Source: Felis catus
Lineage: Eukaryota
DNA: 64,000 nt
Direction of reading: 5' to 3'
Assembly: GCF_018350175.1 (NCBI RefSeq)
Contig: NC_058368.1
Span: forward strand, 212,972,001 to 213,036,000
This document shows, piece by piece, positions 39,847 through 53,630 of the stretch. The position numbers and the translations under genes were made by a program. Position 1 is the stretch's first letter. Every line of letters begins with the position of its first letter. The notes beneath the pieces were generated by a model. The model did no database searches. It saw only the letters and a program-made list of their open reading frames with translations, and was not told where the DNA came from.

Positions 39847-41440
39847 TAAGAGGAACTCCTTTTTGAGTGCTCACTCCACAAGAACAAAGCACAGTTGAGT
39901 GCTCTACATACATTATCTCATTGAAACCTCACAGTAACTCTCCAAAGTAGGCATTTCAGCTCCATTTCAGAGATGATGAAACTGCCTTCAAAAAAATGGA
40001 ATGATTTGTCTGCAGTAGCACAGGTAGTATGTGACAGGGCTGGGATCCGAACCCAGTTATTTAATTTGAAAGCCCATATTCCTAAGGAGTATTCCACAAG
40101 CAAAATAAGGGGTTTAGATTCAACCAGAACTAGGATCGAACTTGCCAGTGTCAACTGTCACTCTCATAGTGAAGAGCGATTCAGAGCCTACCAACGTGGT
40201 GGGCTTCCGGACTCCATAGCTGTGCTGAACACCATCTACCCTCCTTGCTTCGAGAAATCATTGTCAAAGAGTTTTCCATTTTAGCCATTAATCTTTTTTT
40301 TTCATTTCTTTATTATAAATTATAAATGCATGCATCTATATTTTGACATATATCAGAAGTGTTTGGTCCTGCTAATAAATTAAGAGGAAAGGTCTCTACC
40401 AGAGGGTTTTCTAATTTGAAGATCTAAAGATGGGCTTGGAATTGTCACAGAAAGAGTCTCAAGTAAATTATTAATATGTCAGAATTTTAGAACTGGAAGA
40501 ATTCAGCCAGTCCAATTCTTTGATTTCACGGATGGAGGAGGGCCTGGAAAGTGAAGGGAATACCTTATTGCCACCAACTGAAGACAAGCCAAGAATTAAG
40601 GCGTGGTGACTCTATCGTTCCTTGGTACGACAGGTTTTATTGTATTACCACACATTATGTTATTAAGAACTTTTGCAATTTTTGTCCTGAGGCTGCAGTG
40701 TGTAAACGTGCTACTCAGTGAGCATTTAATGTTTGAGTTAATTTTCTACATTTTCTCAATTCAGCATCAAGTAAGTCGTTTTTTTAAAAAAGCTATCTAC
40801 CAAGCTTATTTTTCAGAGGGGAAAAAAAGTCTTTTTTAATATGTACATAAGCCCTCAGGTTCTATTTCTGTTTGATTTATACTTTCCTATTGAATCACAG
40901 GTTTTCCTAGAAGCGCCTGTGTTTCCTCATCTCATTGTTTGCCGGCACTTTTCTGTTTCTCAGCAGGAGTTATTTTTAAGCTGCCAGAGCTATGGAGATC
41001 AAATGGAGGCTTTGGTTAACATCTTTTACAAGCCCATTACTGGGCTTTGGGGAAAGAATCGCACTGGGTAAAATTTCCGTTTGCTATAGATAAATTTTTG
41101 TCATTTAAAATCCAGGGGCCCTCTTGTTTCATGCAGCTATTCAAAGATTATGAAGCAAAATAATGGATTTTCTTCTTTTGAACAAGGAAAGACCATGAAG
41201 ATCCAGTTAAAAGTAAAAAACAAAAACCCAGATTGTAATACCCAAAGGGCATTCTGTATTATGGGGGGAACCACTTTGTCCACACAGTGTATAGAACTTC
41301 AGGGTTTGGGCATTCCTAAAACCTCAGATGCCCACCAGCCCTGCATGGATGTTGCCATAAACCAGGAAAGGCTAAGGGATTGGGACCCCAGGCAGCTTTA
41401 GAATGTTTATGGTTAAGGAGAAAAGGTAGGTGTTCCAAGA

Positions 41441-41999
41441 TGTACTAGGGATTTGTTTTAGTCAAATATGGTGGTGACAGAGAGACAATTGCCTTTGAAA
41501 GAAGAGTTTATTCCTTACATTTCCCAAGGTGGGGGCGTGGATGCGGCCACCACACCACACAGGGCCAGGGCCCCAAGGGAAAGCCAGGAGGCAGAAGCAG
41601 CAAAGGAGAAAGGATGACCCAGAGTCTTTATTGTGGTTCCTGGGGGAAGAGAGGGGTGAGGCAGGATTGACAGATTTGAGCAAGTTTAAGATTGAGTAGT
41701 TTGAATAATTTTGCAGGGCTCTAAGCTAGAGGGGTGGTCTCCAGTTGCCCAGTACCTGATTTAGGGCAGGGGAAACATTGGTTTGGCGTGTGAGTGAAAT
41801 AAAGGAAGTAGCTGGCGAGTCAGACTTTGGAGAGTCAGACTTTGGATGGGTTAATGTGCGTATGAAAATGACACTCACCAGGGAGCTGTTGGGGCTCCAG
41901 GAACCAGCCAGCCCTGGGAGGGGCAGTCTCTCCCCAGCCAGGGCCTCCCAAGATGTCAAACGTCATAAAATATGGAAAATAGAAATCATGATTAATACA
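41441..41999 (-). mobile_element. ERVL-class solo LTR (MER74-like)
   Basis: TG...CA termini; minus strand begins tgtattaatcatg...ttgacatcttggg...gagagactgcccctcccagggctgg; AATAAA motifs on minus strand. Confidence 0.6.
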
Positions 42000-42388
42000 G
42001 GCCCCTATTAGGCAAGTCGTTCTTAGGCGGAATTAACCAAAACCGAAATGTCATGTAGAAGTGCTATTTGATATTTATCAGCTCTTATGGAAAAAAAAAA
42101 GGGAAATGTATACAAACTGTGGCTTTGACACATAATTCTGTACCAGACATTACTCCAAGCGGTAGGATATGGAGCTAAACTAATCACCTAAATCACAAAA
42201 GCATTACCTTCAGTAAGTTTTACATTGTTGCAAGGACACATGCATGCTTTACCCTCCTCCTCCCCAATTTAAAATGCATGTATATTATTTCCACATAAAT
42301 TTTTTTTATTTAAAGAAATATTACTTTTCAGGTCATAGCTTTCTTTCTTTTATAGGTTGTGGTTTTAGTTTAACAGAATAAAATTTTT

Positions 42389-42605
42389 AAATTTTTTTTT
42401 TCAACGTTTATTTATTTTTGGGACAGAGAGAGACAGAGCATGAACGGGGAAGGGGCAGAGAGAGAGGGAGACACAGAATCGGAAACAGGCTCCAGGCTCT
42501 GAGCCATCAGCCCAGAGCCCGACGCGGGGCTCGAACTCACGGACTGCGAGATCGTGACCTGGCTGAAGTCGGACGCTTAACCGACTGCGCCACCCAGGCG
42601 CCCCC
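42389..42605 (-). mobile_element. Young felid Can-SINE
   Basis: TSD agaataaaattttta; same subfamily signature as 560-776. Confidence 0.95.
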
Positions 42606-42753
42606 AGAATAAAATTTTTAATGTGTTGATCAGCGAAACCTGTCATAACAGCTAAAGATTGAAAACAATCTAACTATCCACAGCTAAGAAATTAAGTAAA
42701 TTATGAGCTATCCATACAACGAACCATGAAACAGGTATTTAAAATAATGTTTA

Positions 42754-42970
42754 GAGGAGCCTGGGTGGCTCAGTGGGTTGAGCCTCTGACTTCGGCTCAG
42801 GTCATGATCTCACAGCTCTGTGAGTTTGAGCCCCGCGTCGGGCTCTGCTGACAGCTCGGAGCCTGGAGCCTGCTTCAGATTCTGTGTCTCCCTCTCTCTC
42901 TGCCCCTAACCCACTCTCATTCTGTCTCTGTCTCTCTCAAAAATAAATAAGCATTAAAAAAATTTTTAAA
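42754..42970 (+). mobile_element. Can-SINE
   Basis: Full SINE body. Confidence 0.92.
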
Positions 42971-43233
42971 TGTTTAAAGAGTTTTTAACTGAAGAATAAA
43001 GAAGTGCTTTTAACATACTTAATGGAATAAGTTATAAAATTCTGTGTCCTATATAATTAGCTCTTCTGAAGAAAAAGACATTTATATGCATTTAAAAAAC
43101 AACAGCAACAAAAAAAAACACTGAGAGGAGATGCACCAAAATAGAATCCACAGTTATATGGGTTGTGGGGTTATAGTTTACTTCTTTTCTTCTTTTTTCT
43201 TGTATTCTTAACATTTTCGTAAGAAGCAGGGCA

Positions 43234-43680
43234 GGGGGAGCGCTTGGGTGGCTCAGTTGGTTAAGCATCTGGCTTTGCATGACCTAACAGTTTGTGAGTT
43301 CGAGCCGTGCATCAGGCTCTGTGCTGACAGCCTGGAGCCTGTCTCGGATTCTGTGTCTCCCTCTCTCTCTGTCCCTCCCCCACTTACAATCTCTCTCTCT
43401 CTCTTTCTTTTTTTTTTCTTTTTTTTTTTAAATTTTTTAATGTTTTATTTATTTTTGAGACAGAGAGAGAGCATGAGCAGGGGAGGGTCAGAGAGAGAGG
43501 GAGACACAGAATCTGAAGCAGGCTCCAGGCTCCAAGCTGTCAGCACAGAGCCTGACGTGGGGCTCGAACCCACGAACCGCGAGATCATGACCTGAGCTGA
43601 AGTCGGACGCTTAACCGACTGAGCCACCCAGGCACCCCTCTCTTTCTAAATAAACATTTTAAAATTTTTTAATTTTTTCC
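43234..43680. mobile_element. Plus-strand Can-SINE with a minus-strand Can-SINE (43408-43637) inserted in its (CT)n tract
   Basis: The host tail resumes at ~43648; TSD ctctctttct. Confidence 0.9.
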
Positions 43681-46426
43681 TAAGAAGCATGTATTATTTT
43701 ATAAAAATGAGAAAATAAAAATTTTATTTTTATTATATTGGAGTTTCTTTTCCCAAAGAAATTTTCTCCTACTGCCGGTTTGGCTGGTCATAAGGTTCAA
43801 GGGGCAGGGCAGCTGGGATCTCAGCCAGACTTACCGCACAATCATTTCTTATTCCAGACCCTATTTGTCCTAAGGCATACTTGTTTCTTGGTAAGACATC
43901 AAAGGGGTTTGCTACCTCCTGACCACCAGGTCCCATTAGCCTAATTCCATCCTCTACGGGATATCGAAATGACCATTGTCCTCCAAACTATACTGTGATA
44001 GCAAGAGAACTGACTTAGCCTAGGGCTAAGCATATTAGATGGGATATATATTCCAAAAGCTTCGGAAAATACAATCTGTCACAACATGGCCGCTGAGTGC
44101 AGGTTTTGGTTAGCCAATTTAACGCACTAAAGTCAATCCGCTAAATGTAGAATCCCTGAAGAGCACTCCAATGTTAATAATTCAGACCAAAAGAGCCTTA
44201 AATAGTGTCCCTTTTTGTCTAACACTTTTACAGCCTGCTCTCATAGTTGCTCCCCAGACTCTTGTCAATACAGATCAGTGACATCTTGTGGCTTTGTATA
44301 AACTCTCTCTTCCCAGACCAGCTTTTGTGCCTCTCTATCAGGGCTCTCTAGGCTTTAACTCTTGTTATGGGCCTGGAGGCAATGAGTGATGACATTAGTT
44401 TGGGAGACAATTGCCAGGTATAAAAGACTTTTTTAGAAGAGGAAGGCTTGTTCCCTCGAAGAGGGGTGGGGTTTCCTCAGTTGGCAAGGGAGTTCAGGGG
44501 AATTTTCAGACTGAAAGTTCTCAGCCTTGTCCATGTCTGCCCAAATGTCTTCAAACCAACCGCATCTCATGTCCCGCTCCAGGCCCACCACTGCCCTTAC
44601 CCCAGGTAAGCCTAGCAGGTATATGCATTTGATCGTTTTCGTACCTCTTCACCCTTTATCCCTCAGCCATATCAACCCTGCAGTCACAAAGAAGGAAGGA
44701 TTCCCTCAAAGCTGTCATGGAGGCCTTCGGGCTCCCTGTGTGTATTCTTAAGTTTATCTTTAAAGCTTTTCATTTCTCTTGGACTGTCTAGGGTTCTCAG
44801 AAGGAGCCAGGTGACTCCATGATCCTTACAAACACTACTATCGCTATAGCAATTAAGTCCCACAGCCACTTGATCTCTCCACGCTGTGCCCTTCACCTGC
44901 ACTTCACTTCTTGCTGTCAGGCAGTGATAATTTGGGTAGGCATGATGCCACTGCATGCCATGAATGATCTATGTCTCTTTCTCCCCTACCAAGTAAGTGA
45001 TCTCTGTGCTTCTTGAATATATACACAACCCAATCCCAAAATCCCATTTCAAGGGTCTGTTTTTGGAGTATAATATAAATTATAGGCTGGGTGCCATCCC
45101 TTAGTTCCATAATCCCATAGAGAACTCCAGAAATAAACCACAGATAACAAGTGTCCCCTAACTTCACACAGGCTGCGTCATATTACATCACTTTTTACTC
45201 TAAAATCTCCGATCTGTCATTCTTTGGCTAATTTCTCTTCCCGTCCTCACTTGACTTTTAATTAAGCATTTCCCTGGAGATGCTTAATTCCTTGCTTTGC
45301 ACTTGAAGCAGATTATCAATGTTCTTCTTCAAAGTCAATGTTTTTTCCGAGAAAAATATGGGTGGATTTAATTTCTTTTCTCTTACTACTTTTGTGCCCC
45401 CAGCACGTAGTTCAATGACTGTCTCATAATACATATCAAAACTGTAATAATAGCACCTTATATTATAAGTATTTACTGTAAGTTTTATGTATCTTGTCTC
45501 ATTTAATCTTCACAACAATACCATGTGGTTTATACTATTACTATCTGCAACTTACCTCTGAGGAAACAGGCCTGGAGAGTTAAAGTAGCATGCTCAAGGT
45601 CACACACAGCTGGTAAGTCAGAGAACCAGCTCTATTTGATGCTAAAGCCGCTAAGCTCCACAGTTTCTTTCAGTAGTGTTTATAGAATGAATAGCCAGAT
45701 GAGGAGCCCCAGTAAATGCTATCCATATGACTTTATTTCCACATTATTTTGTTGACTCCAGACAAAACTTCCTAGCATTATCGCTAACCCTTTCTACCAA
45801 ACTTTACCCTTATGGCCCCATCAATGGTTGTGTATATATAACAAACCAACTCTGGCTAACCTTATCAAAAATAGAGGGATTCATTGAAAGGTAAGGTTAG
45901 CCTACAGAATTAAAGTAATGGCTGATCAGCAACTTTGGGAAGGGGCAGAATCTAGGCAAACCCAGGGAATAAAGTAGCAGGAATTAATAAGCAGGAGGCT
46001 GTTTGGGGCCTCCACCATTGGAATGAATCAGCGTCAACTATTTTCAGTCCTTGTGTCACTGTGCTTCAAGCCTCAGATTCCAGGGAGAGTCTGCCTGACA
46101 TCATCTGGATCCCCTGTCCAGCCCCAGGCCAGGGAATGGGAGTGGAGGCGGGAGGGGGCACTGTGACTGGCAGTTCCACCAAGACTGCATTCCAGAAAGG
46201 AAAATCAAGGGGCAGTAACCAGAGGTTGGCTTCATGGGTGCTGGGCAGGCAACAAAATGTCTGCTGCAATGACCTTAACACATCCAAGACCAGAGGAGAA
46301 AGACGTGGACTACTGAAAATATCCAAAGAAATGCACGACAAAAGCTATTCCTAGAGAAAAGTTTCAAAATGTTTAGAGCACCATGTATCAAAAGGACCGC
46401 TTTTAACAAAATTAAAAAAAAAGATT

Positions 46427-46622
46427 TTTTATTTTTTTTTTTATTTTTGAGAGAGAGAGAGAGAGAGAGCAGGGGAGAGGGGCAGAGGGAGAGAGAATCC
46501 CAAGCAGGCTCCACACTTAGCACGGAGGCCCGATGCAGGGCTCGGTCCCACGACCCTAGGATCATGACTTGAGTTGAAATCAAGAGTCAGACACTCAACC
46601 AATTGAGCCATCCAGATGCCCC
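46427..46622 (-). mobile_element. Can-SINE
   Basis: TSD aaaagatttt. Confidence 0.9.
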
Positions 46623-46771
46623 AAAATAAATAAAAGATTTTATGGACCATCTAATGTTGTCTTAAGTTACTTTTTACTGCAATGTTACTTGGATGTGTAC
46701 AAATATCAAAACAGGAGTAAAAATCCTTGGATTTGTAGCACTTATGAAATTATAAAGCACAACAAATTTTA

Positions 46772-46889
46772 TTTATTTATTTTTTTTAATGTTTGTTTAT
46801 TTTTGAGAAAGAGAGACCAGATCCTAAGCAGGCTCTGCACTCCTGAGTTGAAGTCCAGGCTTAACCACTGAGCCACCCTGGTGTCCCCC
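46772..46889 (-). mobile_element. Internally deleted, diverged Can-SINE
   Basis: Head and tail present, middle missing. Confidence 0.8.
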
Positions 46890-46894
46890 TGGTG

Positions 46895-47603
46895 TTTTTT
46901 ATTTTATTTTTTTTCAATATATGAAATTTATTGTCAAATTGGTTTCCATACAACACCCAGTGCTCATCCCAAAAGGTGCCCTCCTCAATACCATCATCCA
47001 CCCTCTCCTCCCTCCCACCCCCCATCAACCCTCAGTTTGTTCTCAGTTTTTATTTTTTTTTAATTTTTTTTTAAATGTTTATTTACTTTTGAGACAGAGA
47101 CAGAGCATGAACAGGGGAGGGGCAGAGAGAGAGGGAGACACAGAATCTGAAACAGGCTCCAGGCTCTGAGCGGTCAGCACAGAGCCCGACGCGGGGCTTG
47201 AACTCACGGACCGTGAGATCATGACCTGAGCCGAAGTCGGATGCTTAACCGACCGAGCCACCCAGGCGCCCCTGTTCTCAGTTTTTAAAAGTCTCTTATG
47301 CTTTGGCTTTCTCCCACTCTAACCTCTTTTTTTTTTTTTTTCCTTCCCCTCCCCCATGGGTTTCTGTTAAGTTTCTCAGGATCCATATAAGAATGAAAAC
47401 ATATGGTATCTGTCTTTCTCTGTATGGCTCATTTCACTTAGCATAACACTCTCCAGTTCCATCCACGTTGCTACAAAGGGCCATATTTCGTTCTTTCTCA
47501 TTGCCATGTAGTACTCCATTGTGTATATAAACCACAATTTCTTTATCCATTCGTCAGTTGATGGACATTTAGGCTCTTTCCATAATTTGGCTATTGTTGA
47601 GAG
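46895..47603 (-). mobile_element. Young 5'-truncated felid LINE-1 3' end with nested SINE
   Basis: Minus frame encodes STIAKLWKEPKCPSTDEWIKKLWFIYTMEYY...; 3' UTR and T-tract at ~46895-46915. Confidence 0.92.
47050..47272 (-). mobile_element. Young Can-SINE nested in L1
   Basis: TSD tgttctcagttttta. Confidence 0.95.
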
Positions 47604-48234
47604 AAGCACAACAAATTTTAAAATTCAATGCAAACAAAAATGACAAAACCACTATCATTCAAGTTACTTACATAAGTTGAACTTGACAAAGGACATTTTT
47701 CTGAACCTGAGCTGCTCTGCTCCCGATGTGCAGGTGGTAGTGACAGCTATACTGCAGGCATTTTGGAGTTCAGCACTGCTGTGCTATCGCATGCCTGCTG
47801 ATGACTCAATTCTCCCGCCACTTTATCCCTTCAATCCACAGGGAAACCTCGGGACAGCATGGCCAGGTCCTTACTTGGCCTTCATTTGGCATGAAAATAT
47901 CTGTGCTTTTTTCTTATTAACCCAGGATACAGTACTGTTCTCTGATGTGAACGAGTCAGAAACACAAACGCACGTAGAGGCACAAAAATTCCTGGCAGTG
48001 CTGTTATGAGATGGTCGCTCAGGTGATCCATAACATGCTGATACTAAAAGTTTTTAGAGTACCTTAGACACATAAATGCAACTTTTAAACTTTCTTATGG
48101 AGAACTCATGGATATCTGAGACTGCATCCTTTGGCACCCAGGGATCGTGAACCCCAGTTTGAGAAACAGTGTTTAGAGCCATGGCATCATCCTTAGAATA
48201 AATGTGTGATGAACCCTTTGAAAAGGGTACTACA

Positions 48235-48451
48235 GGGGCGCCTGGGTGGCTCGGTCGGTTAAGCATCCGACTTCGGCTCAGGTCATGATCTTGGGGTCCG
48301 TGGGTTCGAGCCCTGCGTCGGGCTCTGTGCTGACAGCTCAGAGCCTGGAGCCTGTTTCAGATTCAATGTCTCCCTCTCTCTGACCCTCCCCTGTTCATGC
48401 TCTGTCTCTCCCTGTCTCAAAAAAAAAAAAAAAAAAGTTAAAAAAAAAAAA
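48235..48451 (+). mobile_element. Can-SINE
   Basis: TSD gaaaagggta(c/t)taca. Confidence 0.94.
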
Positions 48452-50105
48452 GAAAAGGGTATTACAATGATTTGCTGCTATAAATTCCTAGATATGTATT
48501 TGTATAAAATTTCCATATGCCTTCTGATAGTTCTTATGCCCTTGATATTCTGCATACTGTATATAAAGAGAAAAAAATACTTAACAGCCTCTTGATAATC
48601 TCTATGGAGTGGGCGAAAACTCCAATTTCTAAGAATACAGTAATACATGTCTGTCAAATTGCATAAAAAATCATGTTAATTGAGCAGAGGTTGAGATTCT
48701 GACCATTCCTCTAGTTATGAAATGGCTAATAATTATCTAGCTATTTTGAGTAAATGCACATGTGGAGAATTTTGCTTTCCAGTGATTGTGAAACACAGCA
48801 CTTTATTTTAAAATGTTTCTGATCCAGTAAGGCTGAACGACATTCTGCTCTATTTAAAAAGATCAACTCAACCAAATTTTGCAAGCATTGACTTTCTAAA
48901 TACATTTTTTTAATTATTCTAAATTATATGGCTGAGTTAGACTCAGAATTACAGCCCCCTAATAAGGAACAAAGCACTGATAGCTAAAAGGAAATGCTTT
49001 CATATGTAAGATAGAGTCCTCCAAGAATGTTTGAATTTTGCATTTACATTTATAAAATAATCTCAGAAAGCTTAATATCAGCATGTTATGATTATCTGGG
49101 TGACCATCTACAACAATGAGAAGGATTTAATTATCACCGGTGGCATAGGTCTCTTTAATTTATAATTATGCCTTGCTTTACAAGTGTCTTGGAAACATGA
49201 ACAAATAGCACTGAGAATATTTCAGTAAAGAATAGCTCTCATATTGTCCATATAGGAAAAAAGTAATCTCATGTGTGCCAGTTCCAAATGCCAAATCATC
49301 TGAATGATTCTGATTACATAGATCAACAGAACTAGTTAATGGGCTAGGTTTATGAAGAGAGGCTATACAGAAACATGTTCTTAATATTTAGTTTCATTTT
49401 ACACAAAATATACTATATAATCTCTAATCTCCACAGTTAGAAATCCAAAGAATTTGCTTTTAATAGTAATACATTAATAGCAGCATGTTTTATCGACATT
49501 TTACATCTATCTGTATGAAAACTCCCATGATAAAATTGGTCACATTGAAAGAATGCAGGGTTGAGCAAGTTTAATTATTTGCACAATTCAAAGTGAGTTG
49601 ATTGTTGAGAAATAACAAAAAAAAAAAATTTAGAGATTTTTGCATCATCTGTCACTTTAAAATGTCACCTTTTACAGTATGTTTTATAAGAAAAATTAGA
49701 ACACTTTAGAAATATCAGAAAAATCTAGGATTCTCCCTGTATTAGTTGTGAGTTGGGGGAGGAGGAACTATCCTGCAGAAAGTGACAATCATGCTAGAGT
49801 CTTCATTTTCAAACTGGATGTGAACTAGCTTATGAGCATCGCATGATAAAGTGTAATGGGTGGGCTTTGAAACTAGACTTTGAATCTGGGTCTGACTACA
49901 GGCTTTGCCATTTATGAATTGTGTGATCCAAAGCATGCCCTTAACCACTCTGAACTTTCGTTTCATAATTTGAGGTGAAGAGGGTGATAAGACTTACCTG
50001 GAGGAGTGAGAGGACTTGGTTTCTTTCCTGGCTCTCTAATTCACGCTGTCATTTGGACAGTCACATGACCAGTCCAGCCTCCTATCTTCTAAGAAATGAA
50101 TGTTT

Positions 50106-50293
50106 TAGTGGTTCTCAACAGGAAAGGTTACTTTCCTCTCCACAGGGGCATTTGGAAATGTGTGGAGTGGTTTCTGGTTGTCCCCAAAATTAAGGGAATC
50201 AAGAATGCTGAATACCCTGTAGTGGGGATGACAGTCCCATACAACAAAGAATTGTTCCATCAGGAAATCAACATAGCCCTTTGGTGAAACTAA
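50106..50293. mobile_element. hAT-Charlie MITE (MER3/MER20-like)
   Basis: agtggttctcaac...ggggcatttggaaatgtgtgg...gacagtcccatacaacaaagaattg. Confidence 0.65.
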
Positions 50294-52232
50294 CTAGATC
50301 ATCCCTGACCTTTTCACTTTGACATTTTAGCTTTTATTTTAGTTTCATTGTTTCTTTACAATCACGCTGGATGAGCCAGATAATTAAATGCTGTCAGCCA
50401 CCATGATACACATGAGCATGTTGATCAAAATGAAGACTTGTGGGGTAAAGAATGGGCTTTGTTTTTGTTTTTGTTTTTGTTTTGTTTCTTAGTTGGAATG
50501 AAGTGCTCAAAGCAAGCCTAAGAGCATGTGAAATAAAAGCTTTCCTGGAAATCATTCCCAAAGCACTCCAGGCTAACCAACCTTAGGCCTTAGACAAAAG
50601 AAGAGTTCTTCTCTGCCTCTGCAAAGACCCACCCCTTATGCTCCCACCTCCTTCCTCAAGACAGACCTCTTTCCAGGACGACTGATGGTGGTTTCACAGG
50701 AAACTCCCAGCCTCCACTCCCAGGACTGTACTATTGTTCTTTAGCCCCAAAAGACATCAGAATGCATTTCTATATCAACACGTTTCCCAAATGCGGTATT
50801 CAATCTTTAATAACACCACGTGGGGTCAGCCAAATCCCACCCGTGTCCCTTTGCTCCAAGCAAAGTTTCTTGGCACAGCTTCTCCTCCAGCATAAGAGAA
50901 GACTGGGGACTGCGTGTGTTCCCAGACTCTTCAGGGTCTCTGCTTCTGATATGGGAGCAAGAATACACATTGCACCAATATTTGGAGCACTAACATACAA
51001 AACATCATGGCCTGGATCCGCACCTAGAAAAACCCCACTAATACAAAAATAATGGATAGCAAGGCGGCTCTGCCCCTGTGGGTCCCTGTGCACATAGACA
51101 AGTCATTTAGCTAATACCTGTCAGTTCCAAAAGAAGGCCTTTGCGTCTCCTTTCATTACTAAAGGCCTGTCTTGACTAGTTTCCCCAGAACAAGAGGACA
51201 GCTGCCCAAATAAATGAAAAGTCAGGAGTTTCCCCAGCTTCGGCTCATCAAGTGTTCAAACACTGTGGGGTACATATCAGTCAGGATCCCTTGTTACAAT
51301 CCAACAAACATGCAATGATTGCCTCTTGGGTGTCAGGTGCAATGCCAAGTCTTAAAAACACAAACAAACCAAAGAAGAAAAACAGCTCTAGACTCAGGAA
51401 TAAACATGTATAGAAATTCAGTGACCAGTTCCTGATAAACCAATTCTAGCAAAAAACCTACTGCTATACATCTCTTTGGCAAGCCTGAGAACTCTGAAGC
51501 CAGCAAACCCAAGTCGCCCCTGATGGGCATTTCTAGAAAAGAAAGAATGGAAGTGGAAATAGAATGCCTGAAAATAGAAAATGAAGGTAAACCACAGAGC
51601 ATTTCTCCAATGAAAACTCAGGAAGATAAAGGAAACTGAGAGAAGCCTACTTCCTTGGGATTGTACTCTGGGACTGTACAGAAGGAAGGAACTAAGACAT
51701 AGATAAGAGGACTTGACAGCCAGGGCCGAGCAGAGACATGGGGTGCCCCGGGAAGGCCAACAATTTGGCACATCTTCGGATCAACGCTATTTTTTTTAAT
51801 GGTTCAACATTTATTTAGTGAGGTTAAGGTTAGGGTCCTTTCATTCTTAAAAAGTGCGTCTAACTCCTCCTCCTTCTGCTTTCCTCTTTCCTTCTCAAAC
51901 CATTCAGTCCTAAAGCTACCAGATGAGGCAGGAAAAGGGAGGAAGAGGGAAGAGGCCACAGTGGCCCAGAACAGGATGTCAGCCAAGCAGGGAGAGTGCA
52001 GCGTCCGTCTGCACACTGGGGTGCCCCGGTGGGGTTTGTCAGAGCTCTGCACAAGAGGAGTGTGTCCTTACCTGGGAGGTACCAGGTGGGGGTGCTGGGG
52101 TAAGCTGGAGAAGGGTGTCTCTGTGGAGGGGAGAGGGGCAAAGGGCACCAGCACTCTGGAGTGAAGAGAGCACCTGGGCAGGGCAAGGGTTGGCAGCGGA
52201 GACGGAAGATTGGGTGATCAAAGAAGTAAACT

Positions 52233-52830
52233 ATGGTTGTCCTCCTTTATCCGCAGAGGATACATTCCAAGACCCCCCAGTGGAGGCCTGAAACCACAGA
52301 GAGTACCAATCCTATATGTACCATATTTTCTCCTGGACATGCGTATCTATGATAAACTTTAATTTATAAATTGCGCACAGTAAGAGATTAACAACAATAA
52401 TAATAAAGTAGGACAATTATGGGGCGCCTGGGTGGCGCAGTCAGTTAAGCGTCCGACTTTGGCTCAGGTCATGATCTCGCGGTCTGTGAGTTCGAGCCCC
52501 ACGTCGGGCTCTGTGCTGACAGCTCAGAGCCTGGAGCCTGCTTCAGATTCTGTGTCTCCCTCTCTCTCTGACCCTCTCCCATTCATGCTCTGTCTCTCTC
52601 TGTCTCAAAAATAAATAAACATTAAAAAAAAATTTTTTTAATAAAATAGGACAATTATAACAATATACTGTAATAATAGCTGTATGCATGTGGTCTCTCT
52701 CTCAAAAGATCTTACTGGACTCACGCTTCTATTTCTTGTAATGACGTGAGATGATACAATGCCTATGTGATGAGAGGAAGTGAGGTGAATGACAGAGGTG
52801 TGGTGACCTAGCATTAGGCTACTAGTGACC
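52233..52830 (-). mobile_element. TcMar-Tigger DNA transposon remnant (MER44/Tigger7-like)
   Basis: Degenerate TIR tcctcctttatccgcagaggatacattccaagaccccc and internal gtgatgag..gaagtgaggtgaatgac. Confidence 0.7.
52421..52645 (+). mobile_element. Can-SINE nested in a Tigger-type element
   Basis: TSD taggacaattat. Confidence 0.94.
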
Positions 52831-52834
52831 AGAC

Positions 52835-53630
52835 AATAGGTTAGAAGGAAGGTCGTCTACTTCTGGACTGAAACCAAGGAAAACGAAAACTCTCAAAAGA
52901 GGGGACAACTGTAAAGCTAATGGAGCCAGGTTTCTCACGCAGAAGAGAGGTACAAATATAGAAAGGAAGGAAAGAACTTTCATGGTGATGGATTCAGACT
53001 GAAGGCATTGGCATGAGGTCAAGAGCTTCAATAAATAGCCGATACAGAACTTACTATAAACTTAAGTGTGTGTTTCTGTACATGGATATATCAAGAGAGA
53101 AGAGAGACAGAGAAAGAATCCACCTACTAAAAGGGCCTGGAAGCAACAGTGTTCTGATAACAGTGAATACACCCAGCACCCAGATTTGAATCCTAAACAC
53201 CACTGGCCATTAAAAGGAACCAGGGCTCCCTGAGGAAATGGCTGACCCGCCCCAGGCTGGGGCAGCGAAAGTAGAAGATGGACCCGGAGAATCTTATGCC
53301 AGAAAGCAAGAAGCGCTCAAAGAATGAGGGGACATGCCAAAAAGGACACAAGCCAGCCTGTGCAGGGGCCAAAACGGGGACAGTTTATCAAGATAAATTA
53401 CAGTCGTCACAGATTATTACCCAAACACGTGAACCCATATTCATATTGGAAAAGCAATCAATGAATTGTCAGTTTAATGAGGTACAGGATGTGTATACAG
53501 TTTTAGAGGCTCTCCCCACAAAATACTTACTAATTACAAAGAGGAATAGAGAAGTCTCAGAGGTAAAAATGTTCTGTGTTGTACTTGCAACTTTCCTGTG
53601 TCATTGGTCAAAATAATATATTTTAAAAGT
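52835..53630 (+). mobile_element. Old L1 (L1MC-like) 3' UTR fragment
   Basis: ccattaaaaggaaccagggctccctgaggaaatggctga; aaatacttactaattacaaag; gtacttgcaactttcctg. Confidence 0.6.
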
